Positions 28,601 to 40,600 of a stretch of 64,000 nt of DNA are shown one piece after another. The stretch is from contig NC_087263.1 in the NCBI RefSeq assembly GCF_037042905.1, forward strand, positions 12,216,001-12,280,000, given 5' to 3'. Every line of letters begins with the position of its first letter. Within the stretch, counting starts at the first letter, position 1. Made by a program: the position numbers and the translations under genes. This DNA is from Lytechinus pictus (Eukaryota). The notes below the pieces were generated by a model, which worked only from the letters and a program-made list of their open reading frames with translations, had not been told where the DNA came from and did no database searches.

Positions 28601-31600
28601 ACATGAAAAACATACATAAGGTACATAAGTAAAACATTGTGACAACATACAAAAAACATATTTATGAGAATGAGGGGCCAACAAAAAAGAGCAGATAGCC
28701 TTATTGAGCGTTGACCCAACAACTATAAGACAAAATCAATAAATATTTAAAAAAAAGATAACATAAATGAAAACATATATTAACACATACATTCAAAATA
28801 TATAGCATACATGTAGTTATACAAGCAAATTAAGAATACAAACTTAAAAGATGTAATTTGTAATAACGTTTGAAAGAATTGAGGGTTCGGCATGTTTTAT
28901 TAGAATGCAGTAAATTATTCCGAAAAATAGGTCCTTGAAAATAAATTGAGTTATGAGAAACTGTGGTACATGTACATACTCGTGGTAAATGATAATCAAA
29001 TAGACTGCGGGTATTGTGTTGATGAATCCCTTTCAACCATACCTGATACCGATAGTGTGAAAGAATCGGGTCCTCTCTGAATTTACTATATCCTTTTCAC
29101 TGACATGGATGAGTTTACACAATCATTCCTTTCGATCATGAAAGTTCATCTGTGTTGGTAAAAGATAACGATTTTGTTGAACTTTGGTTCACAACACAAA
29201 AAGCAGAAAATAACGAAGAGTTACCTCGAAATTTTCGCCCCCCGTCTCTGTTGAGAGAAGGTCTGAACGCCCGGATGTAGATGGCCTCTTTCACACCTCT
29301 CTCGAAGTACCGCAGCTCCCTGTCCAGCACTTGTACCTTGTTGATGTCAACACGATGGCCAGGGGATTCGATGTGGATGTGCTGAGATACCTCGGAGGAA
29401 GTGGAGCTTGGGCGTCGATGTTCAAGGAATCTTGTCCTTAGGGAACGTTCTGTTTCTCCTTTATAAGATTCCTGACATAAACCCTTAGTCGTCTGTCCTT
29501 GACAAGGAATCAAATAAATAGGACCAGTGATATCCTTCTTCTCTGTCTTATCTTTCGGCGCAACCAAGTACTGTTTAAGGGTCCTTGTTGGTTTGTAGCA
29601 CACCCTAATGCCAAATTGACTGAAATTCCTACGAAGGGCTTCCGATAATCCTTTAACGTACGGAAGTACACTAAGGTCAAATCGGGTCACATCGCTGACG
29701 AAGGTTGCAGTTAGCAGCCGAAAATTTCGAGGTAACTCTTCGTTATTTTCTGTTTTTTGTGTTGTGAACCAAAGTTCAACAAAATCGTAATCATTCCTTT
29801 CCTCGACACAAGATGAGCTTCCATATATAAAGTCTTGGAAACAGAGTCTTACAAAGTGTAGAAAATTACAACTCGCATTAGTGTGAAGGAATCAGGTCCT
29901 TTTTTTAATTGACTATATCTTTCTCACTGACGTAGTTGCATTCACACATTACCTTTCTTTGACACAGGATGAGCTCTCATCAGATGAGGATGTCCCTGAC
30001 AATGAGTCCATCGAGCCTTTGCTAGAATCTGGATACAGGACAGAAGCAAGTATTGGGCGTAGCCCTGTCCCTTCTAAGCATCAGTTTTTCCCTCAACCGT
30101 ACCCTATCTCAACCTTTGTAGGTAAGCATTTGATCTTCCCTTTCCACTCTTGTGTAGTTCATAGTTCAGACTTCGTTAATCTGAAATGGCCAAGTCTTTG
30201 ACTATTTGATCAAGTCTTTACTAGAGACTGGATATACATTGTAGGACAGAAGCCAGTATTGGACATAGCCCTGTCCCTTCTAAGCATTAGTTGTTCTTTC
30301 CGTGGCCCAGTCATATCCTATTTCACCCTTTGTTGGTTTCAGTCTTGAGTAGTCGCTAGTTCGGGCTTAATTGATCAGAAATAGTCAAGTCCCTTTCAAT
30401 CATGATTGGAATTTGCACTGTTTTTGCAGCTCTGCTCATGGCAAAGCAGCCATTGCAACCATTGGACCCACTGCTTCTCCTTTGCAAACCTCTTCTCTCA
30501 GTCATACCCGTTTTCTGAACTTTAAGGATGATGTGCCTTGTTAGGACATTTTCTTTTCTTTTCCCATATTTCAGATGCCTTGGCATTAGATGTCTTCCCT
30601 CAGCCATTCCATCCTAGTCCAGACAGAGCTACCTTCCTTTCCAGATCAAGTGCCCTCCTGCCACTTTGTCCTCGCTGCGGATATCACCTCAACCCTTCTC
30701 CACACCAGGTCTTCTCTTCAACTGAAATCCTCTACCCTAAGCTCTTTGGTGCCTTTGATCCTATAAGCCTTCTGTCAGGGGAAGCCACCAGCACGACCAA
30801 TCTCTCAGAGAATCTGGACGAGTTGTTCAAGAATGAAGCATTGAGGCTACAGCTCCAGGATTGTGGCACGCAAACCGAAGCGGTTGAAGAACAGGAATCA
30901 TCAAGGTTTCATGGTCAGAAGACTTCATGCCATGCCTGCATCCAGACGGACAGAGAGGTTCGTATTCGCAAACTAGCAAGCACACAGACTGAAGACGATG
31001 TTGATTGGTTGTTAACTGATAGGTCAAGGGTCACAAGAAGTGCTTCCTGTCAAGGACCAAGCACATGCAACCAAGCAGTGTCGGCTAGCGTTGTGCTGAC
31101 AGAAGCTCAATCGCAAACGGACAATGTCCAAGAGAGGTGTGATGATGTACATATAGACCATGAGGTTGACCAGAACCTAGCGTGTGTGTCCCCCAAGGAG
31201 AATGCAACCACACAAACAGACTGTCTTTCCAGAGAGGACTCGGTAGAAGCGACAACCATTGCAACGCAAACCTTGCCAAACCCTAATCCTGCTACCTCAG
31301 AATCTTCTTTCACTTTTGACCTCACCATTCCTGTGCCTTCCAACGTTCAGCCGGCCCCAATCAAGACATCCTCAAGTTCTTCGTCCTCTGTATCATCCAC
31401 CACCTATCTGGCGCCCTCTACCTTGCCTCCACACCTTATCTGTGAAGATTGGGATTCAGACTTCAGCTCGGATTCACCCTTGTTTGTCAGCGCAAGGTCT
31501 TCTCCTCTCATCTTTGGCAAACAAGAAGGAGAACCAACCAAACCTGTTGAGACACTGAGCTTCAAACCCATCATTGCAAGCAGGTAGGGTTTATTCTTAT

Positions 31601-34600
31601 TTAGAGAAAAAGAAGTATCTTTGCCTAACACAGGTTAAAGAAAGTTATGGGTCAGATAGTTGGCTTTGTTTGTTGTTTGAGGTATGATATGATAGCTCCT
31701 AAATGTATGTAGTTTTTCTTGTAGCAGGGATGCCTTACATATAATTGAGAGCCATGTATGTGCATTATACCTGTAAATTGGAGATGGAGGATTACTAAAT
31801 TGAGCATTGGTAGATATACCAGATTGGTAGATTGGTGGGCGCATCGTGGTCTAGTGGTTCTGACTCTCGCCTTTCAAACAGGGGGTAGTGATTTTGAATC
31901 CTAGCCATGGCATGTTTTCCTTCAGCAAGAAATTTATCCACACTGCTGCACTCGACCTAGGTGAGGTAAATGGGTACCAGCAGGAAGTAATTCCTCAAAA
32001 AGGCTGTGCGCACCAGAATCGGTAGACTAGCTTAGCCGGGGTAATATAGGAGCGCCTTGAGCACCTAGCAAGGTGGAAACATGTGCTATACAAATCCTAT
32101 ATTATTATTATAATACATGTTATGTACATGGTTTAAAAACAATTGTCCAATGCTCGCAATGTGGATGATGTTCTGCTATTTCATACACCAGTTTTTATTA
32201 ATAACTTTGTCAAGAAATAAGAAAATGAAATTTAAAAATGATGAAAATAGGGTTTGATTGACATGTATCTCTTTGGGGGGGATGTTGGCTGTGGGGAGTC
32301 AAATTTGAATGTAAAGATTAAAAGTCAGCAGGTTTACTAGGCTCGGTCGAGTTTCACCAAACATAATTGTTCTCTCTCCTCATTAATCTTTATAGAGATA
32401 AGATGGAAGAGACTGCCCCGGTATGTCTAGATGAGAATTCTAATAAAGACATTGCAAGACTCCAACCAACTGGACACAAGTGAGTATTCCAACCTATTGA
32501 CTGGGGACTGTTTCATGAAACAAATATTCAATAAACTATTGTTATAACCAACCAAAATCCTTGCATCTGATTGGTTGAGAGCAAAAATAGTCATTGAAAA
32601 TCACGGATTATTTGTTTCATGAAATCCTCCCCTGAATTCTTGCAGACAACTTTCTAAACATCCCCTAGACCACTTATTTCTTGAATTTCTGTTTTTTGCC
32701 CCGAGGCCGAGTTCACCCTGACAACAATTGATGTGAAGCAAAGTGGAAAAAAGACAAGCAAAAAAAGTCAATAAACCAAAAATTAATCTCTCTAAATTTG
32801 CAATGTGATGAAAAAAAGAAGATGCAAATTGGCAACTTTTTGGGGGGTTGAAAACCTTGTCATTATTGGACTCATGATATATACATATTTAATTTGTTAA
32901 GAAGTACCAAAATGAATGGAAAATTAAAAAATTGTTGCCAATTTGAGCATTTGAACAGGGTACCTCTATGGTATTTATTAACGTGACATCAAAAGCAGAT
33001 TAATAGGGTATCATATGGGTCTTATTAACTTGAATTTGGGATAGACTTTGCATTTTGTTACGTTCTTGAATGAAATAATTGAATAAAAATACACAGAAAT
33101 AAAGGATTTGATTGGATTGCCTTTGAAATTCACACCAGATTAAATAAATATCTGGGTCCCGTAACACAAAGGTTAGCGATTAATCGTACGCTTGATTATC
33201 ACGATTGATTGCACATTGTAGTCAATTCTACGATTTGTGTTACGGGGCCCCAGATAACTATTTTCCTTCTAAAGCTGGATACCAATTGTGAGGATAATAT
33301 ACATAATTGCTGATATTTGGATTGTGGTTAAAGGTGGATTAGAGCAGATTTTGAATTGTGAGAAAAACCTTGACAATATTATTAGAAGTTGTATTCAGCC
33401 TTGCCATTGAAAAGTGAGAATAATGACAGTATAACACCTGACAAGTAAATTTGTATTTGATAAGCAGCTGATTTTATATGATTTCCTTCTTAACCTTAGT
33501 GCTACCAGAACTGGACACTCCCTGTACAAAATATATGTGAATTTCAGAATTCAGTATTCGACCATTTTAGGCCAAGTTTATCAACATCATCTTTTAAATA
33601 GTACAGATGGTCATTTTATTTTTATACATGTATATATTTTTTTTGTTTCAAAGGCATCTCATCTACCTTGAATAATATTGATATTCCGCTTTTATATAAA
33701 GCGTAACACATAGCGGACTGATACCTGAGCATTTTATAGATATACAGTACAATTACACTGGCTTGCCTGCACACAATGTATGCACTTTCTCCACTCCTGG
33801 GGGAGCATTCCAATTATATGTAGATTTATATTTATGGGAAGATCTGATGTACATGTAATCTATTCCACTCGTGATTTTCCAAAGAATTTTGATGTATTTT
33901 TAAAAATGGGTGCAATATTAAGGCCTCCGTTTAGAGTGTTGGTAAATCTCTCCAAAGTCGATGCTACTGTTTGTTTTCAGGACATGTACGTGCTATTAAA
34001 AACAGTTATACTGTGATTAATAATGAAGTTAAATACATAATTTCAAACTAAAATTGAAAACCAATTTATACTAGTAGTTTGTACCAGCATCTGGGGAGCT
34101 ACTTTATTGTTTCAGCTCATATAGAAATAATTATTGCGCTATATACCGGTAAATATATACTATTATTTTATTATAAATGTAGAAAAAAAGAAATGTTTGT
34201 GTTTATTATTCCAAAGACTGTTTAGACCAAATCATTCCCATTTTCCCAAGAAATAACTAGGCTTTTAAGTGACCTGAACCAGATTTGATGCTGGCGACAA
34301 GGACTGTTTCGGTCTTCTTTATTCTTTGCTAGAATGGAATTATTTCACACCTCTATAGAATTGAGATTGGGGTCAATTGCTGTGTACTTGATAAAACGCA
34401 TTGTTATCCAAGAATTCTTTGATTGTCCATTGAAGCTACAGCGCTCTCTCTCTCTCCCTCTCTTTCTCTCTCTCTTTCTCAGGTTGGGGAGGGGGGAGGT
34501 GTCCATGGTTAGAGAGAGGAATTCACACTCGTAGATCCTTATTTTGCCATCCACTGTTAGTGGCAAAAATAAGTATGTTTTGATTTTGAAGGCGATCAAC

Positions 34601-37600
34601 AGCCCATTGAAGAAAATGAAGCGTTTAAACGCATATAAAATAAAAGAACAAGTGCAAATCCCCAATACGTGCATTTCATTGGTTAAAAAACAAGTTGCGT
34701 TTGACTTTTGTAGAGCTCTTTGTTTGATCGCAATTCCTTTTGCAACGGCCCCAGAACTATCATTGGCACAAAGTTTGTGTCTTTCCCTGTGCATGTACAT
34801 GTCGCTTTGTGAAGGAAGAAAATATATAGCCATTGGCAAAACTGAGAGCACTGAAGTACACTCCAAAGCACTTGACATTTCACAAAAATCCACATACATT
34901 TACTGTAGTCTTGTTGGTGAACCTGAAAGTTTCCTTGCTTTAGAAATACACAGTATCAACAAGTTCCGTGAAACTCGATTTTGATCCTATTGAATTCAAA
35001 CCAGACAAAAGATGATTCATTAGAAATAAACAATTTATATATAACTTGTTGGTCAGATTTCTGGAATGTAGTCAAATCAGTGTTTTCTCCTTGGGGTTTC
35101 CACCGTTTGAGAAAAAAAAGGGATTTTTGACAATAGTTTTCACAGTCCAAGGCACATCAACAATGAATGGTATTTTTGCTGGTATTTGATACAAATATAC
35201 ATGTATCTGCGTGTGTACATGTAGTTTGATACAGTGTTGTATTGGTGTGGAGAGTGGGTTAAATCTGTACATGTTGATATCAAAGGTATGTGTTTTATTT
35301 ATATTTGTCAATTGTTTATTAGAGTCTGTAAATGTTCTTTCACTGTATATAATGTAATATAAGTTTATAGTGAACCCCACCACAAAATGTGAAGTGTTGC
35401 ATGTAGACAACATCACTACAATGTTTGGCGAGCCCTAAGAAACAAACTTTATTGAATGTAATATTTTATCACCTGACTTCATAATTGAATATCTACATAA
35501 AACATGTCAGAACTTGAACACTTTGAATATGTTAATTTTCTGGTGGGGTTCGCTAACTTTTAAGCTCCACTGATTATATCCTTAGATTTTTTTTTCAAAG
35601 CTATTTATTATTAACTTCATTTTCTTGAAAAGTAGTGTGCTACATGTAATCGATTCAAGGCATGTACAAATCTGTATAATACGCCATAGTGATGTTTTAT
35701 CATATGTATGATAAAGATGTTTTATTACTGAGATTTTTGTATTACTTTTCCAAGAATCTGGTGTCAGCAAGATTTGTATATGTATAAAAGATACATGTGA
35801 ATATACATGATTGAGTTGATAAAAAAAAATTCTGAGGGTAATTTCTGAAGATAATAACTTTCCCAACTGACAAACAAAAAAAATATTACTAAATACATGT
35901 AGGTTCATTATCGCAGACTGAAATAATCGCTAGAGGGTATTCATTTGTCTCGCAATCTACTATGGTCAACAAGGAAATTCGTGATCACTCTCGCAAAAAG
36001 TGTTCACTAGCTTACAAGTTCACGAGCTTTCGAGTGCCGCTGCAACTCTTTATCAAGTGACGAAAATTATCTGATAACGTAGTCTATTTATACCAATCCC
36101 AAGGACCGTACGCACGAACGCGGGAACAATAGGTGGGCACTGATCCGTTGTCCTAAACACTTGACTATGAAATGAAAACATCTGAATCTAAATTAATGTT
36201 GATTTGAATGTCTCTTCCTTGTTTTTGTCTGCCTGTAGGGAAACTTTGTTAAACCCAGAGAAATCAACCATGAGACAAAGAAGATCATTGGAAAGAGAAA
36301 GGAAATACTCAGGAGTTATTCAAGGTAAATTACCACTTGGTCTACACAGATGTAGTATACTCTCCGAACTTATTCTTTGTTGATTTAAAAACCCATGACA
36401 TTCCAGAAGTGTCCATCTTTATCATGATTTGGAAAAGGTCTAAACCAGGTTTTGAAGATGTCTGTGTCGCTAGGGGTGAGCAAATGAGTAGAAGTGACAA
36501 AAAATTATTCTTATCATCATTACTTTAATTATTATTATTATTAGTAGTAGTAGTAGTAGTGTTATTATCATTATCGATATTTTCATTTTCACTTTAATTG
36601 TGATGATGATTTTTATTACTACATGTATGTTCATTGTTTTATTTTTGTTTCCTTTACAGCAAGTAATGGTGAGATGGTAGACCTGACGACGGCAGACATC
36701 GATGTATCATCCATCTCTCCATCGGACCACGCCCTCAACGAGAAGCTCCTCTCCGAGTCAAGGAAAGTCTCAGAGAAGTTTGACAACCGGAGGGGGAGGC
36801 GGTTTTCACCCGCAAAGAAAGGAGGTTGGGCCATTGTTCATAGATTCCATGACATTCAGCACAGAGTTTTGATAGTGATTGATCGTACCATTTATTATGT
36901 GATTGATTGCGAATAAGAAAGTGACACAATATATTATTTTGCCATAACAACGATTGCTTTTAGCTTTTATTTAGTCTAAGATGTACTATTTATCATGTGA
37001 CAGATTGTGCATTCAGTTGAAAGGAATCAAATAGTGTAGTAGGTTTCACGGTATCCATGTATCTTTCTTGGGCAAGTGTTGGTCCTGAAAAGGACCACCC
37101 GGAGATTGAGATTGGGTGGTCCTTTTCAGGACCAACACCTGCCCAAGAAAGATACATGGTGTACCATGAAACCTACTACACTATTCTTCTTTGCCATAGA
37201 AACCTTCAGAAGTTACAAAAGAATCAATTGTAAAGATTAAACCTACAGTCTCATAGCTTTGTGTTTTGTTGGGCCCTGATATTTTCTTACATCGTGTTCA
37301 TAAGGATCTTTGACATGTGCTCCGGCGGCAATTGCTGGGCTAATTGAATGACCAACTTCAACCCTGGATTTAATACCATACCCTACCCTAAACCTAACAT
37401 GAAATCCTATTGCAACCCTAACCCTAACCCTGCATCTTAGACAAAATAAAGCCCAGAGCAATTGTCGCAGGAGCAAATGTTGTTTCACCTTATTATCTGT
37501 TCATGCCTCCAGCCTGGCTCCCAAAGAATGTTGTCATCTCCAGCATTGTTTTGCAGTCTGTCTGATTATCATTCTGACAATACCTTGAAATCTGTCTTAT

Positions 37601-40600
37601 GGATCAACTTCCTCAGCTCATGTTTGCTTAACGAAAGATGAAAAAAAAATTGTTTCCAGGTATAATGGTAAAAGGGCTATTGAGGCTATATATGTATTGC
37701 ATACTTTTTGAAATAAATGGGATCTCTAATGACAAACTTTTCTTTTTTCTTCCTCATTAGATGATGTAGTATCGGACGATACCAGTCCTGATTCGTCTCC
37801 AGAGCCCCTCAAAGATGATATGAGTCCTAGTCTAATCACCCAGGAAGAAAGAGTAGGAGCTGAGGTGAGTCATTGGTCTGTGATAATGTATGTAAGGACT
37901 TCTATGAAAGGCATAGTTGTTTCTAGAGGCTCAAGTGGACCACAACACCACTACACCCAAATACTTTTCCCTCCGCATGATCAAGATCAATGGTCATTCA
38001 GGGTCAATTAGCTTTACATTCTGGTATTAACATTAAAACTTTCGTAACCAAGGTCTGATTTTGAATTGTCAAGATAATATTACAAGTATAAATCCCTATC
38101 GTTTATAAGTTACATATAATTATAAGCAAATATAAGTATCAGCAAATAGATGAATGAGATTTTAGGTCACTAGGCGAGGTCATGGCTCATTCAAGGTTTA
38201 CAAATAATTGGGGTTTTCGGGGTGAAAGATTATTTCATCTTAGTTGTTTTCCAAGTCAGCACTGCTGCTTTATTGAATCGCACAATGCAGGCGAGACTGC
38301 AAGAGGCGTTCCAGTTGTTCTGTTTTTTTTCTGTAGGATGATTTTGTTCTATTTTTTTTTCTTGTAGGGTGACTCTGATCCTGAGGAGGAGAAAGCAAAG
38401 AGCAGGAAAGATTCCGATGACTTTGACGTCAAGGCTGATTTAATGAAAGCTATAGGACCCATCAAAACAGATTCAACTCCTAAATCGGCTTTATCTAGCT
38501 CCAAAATAAGACAGGTTTGTGTGTGATTTGTATTTGACAAAGTACGGTAGAAATAGAAGAGTAACAAACTAGAAGTCTAGGTATTGTAGCTCTATGTTAT
38601 CCCCGGATTCACTTGAGAAAGTAATGACATCTGTATGGCATCTTATTAGATTAAAACTGTTGAAGTCATTGCCTTTGTGTGTGATTTGTATTTGACAAAG
38701 TAGGATAGAAATAGAAGAGTAACAAACTAGAAGTCCAGGTATTGTAGCTCTATGTTATCCCCGGATTCACTTGAGAAAATAATGACATCTCTATGGCATC
38801 TTATTAGATTAAAACTGTTGAAGTCATTGCCTTTTATAAGGAAAATACTAACTGCATTTTATTCTTTTTCTCAATCGGTAACAATTATTTAACCATGAAC
38901 CAAACCTTGGTGAAAAGATAATGCAAATGGTGGTAGGCACAAAACGTAATATACTATCATTGTATGTATGTTTTTATAGAGTTGTCATCCAGAGAAACTT
39001 AAAAAAATATAAAGTATTCTTTTCTCTTGTTTGTTAAAAAAATTGAAATCAATTGCTGTTTGATTTTACAGGAAAAGAAAACCAAGCGGCCCGTCTTCAA
39101 GCTCCACGCCCCGATGCCGGAGCTTTCCGAGGAAGGCTCAGAAGACACCTGCCTCCTACCGAACGGCACCCTGGAATCCCTGGAGACGGTCACAGAATCC
39201 ACAGACACGTGTAAGGTGGAGGTACCGCTGGAATGTTCCATTAAAGAGGAAGGGGAGGTCAAGTGGGAAGGAGGAGAGGGGGAGCCGAAGCAGAGAAAGA
39301 GCTCCATCCTGTCGGAGACGCTGCTCAAGGCTCTTGGTTTGAAGAAGGGGGAAGGAGAGTAAGTGATTCTCCAGGTTTTCATTGATTTAACTTTTGTTCT
39401 GGCAAATTTACCTTGACATATTTGGCTGTCCACTTCAGCCTTTATCGACAATGTGACAAGATCTACATGAAGCTTTTTTGACGTAATGATGAATGAGCAC
39501 TCAAACCTTCTCTGAAAAAGACGGCTGAGTATTAGAACTTACCTTCTATGGGAAGTACCATGTTAGTAACATTGATTTGCGGTGGAGGCCTGTTATCATG
39601 GTAACTACTAGAATGGTGTAATTATGAAATGCACCCCAGGAGCCAATATCACCAAGCTTAGTGATCGATCATGCACATGATTTGTTCGACTGATTTTACT
39701 AATGATCAATGCAATCGAACATACATGTATGGGCCCCATAACACAAAGGTCAGCGATCAATCGCTGAATGAAGCTGTTGTTGTTGTTGTTGTTTGATCAT
39801 TTATTTTCCATAATCATATAAAAACAGTTCATTACAATACAAATTAAATACATGCAATAATATACATTCATAAAAGTAAAATACATATAAACCAACCAAA
39901 AAATTACTTTTTTTCTTTCCAGGGCTCTTTTTGGAGAAACTTAAAAATTTTCCAGGGCTACTTTTTCATTTTCCAGGGCTCTTTTTCCACTTTCCAGGGC
40001 TACAATTTCTGGAGCTATTTCGCGGCTTTTTTGCGTTTGTGTGTGTGTGTATGTGTGTGTGTGTATATATATACACGGTAGCTAGCATATACCAGGGAAG
40101 TATAACACTTCCCTGGTTTGACCTTCGCATTGTTTCTTCGAAGTGATTGTTTATGATTTTAGTGTTGTGATGATAGATTGATTTTGATGCTTGAACGATA
40201 TCTGAGTTGATTCATGGACCTAATACAGACCTATTCAGATTAAATCATGGAGGTAGAACCTCCATGAATTAATCCAAGTTTGAATGTTTGATACTTGGTT
40301 GACGTGAGCTTTGCGTGTTTACTATTTAGTGTTACAGCCCATTTGCTAAATTAATCTAGAAAGATCTGTATTCGTGTCTAAAGACAATGTAAAAGAAAAA
40401 GAAAGTTCTGAATTTGTACAATTATGAGGTAATTTATTTTATCATACAATATAGGTACCTGCAAATGTTATGAAGTTGAACAAATATCCTTCGTACATAT
40501 TTGACTGAAAGTTATTTAAATGACACTTTTTAAAAAAGACTTAAAATTATTCATACAAAATAATGATATAAGTCATAAAGGTCATTGAATTGTTAAGCGT

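Noticed and set aside
34334..34984. Overlapping 146-184 aa ORFs
   Set aside because: No recognisable domain or consistent splice sites; composition is non-coding
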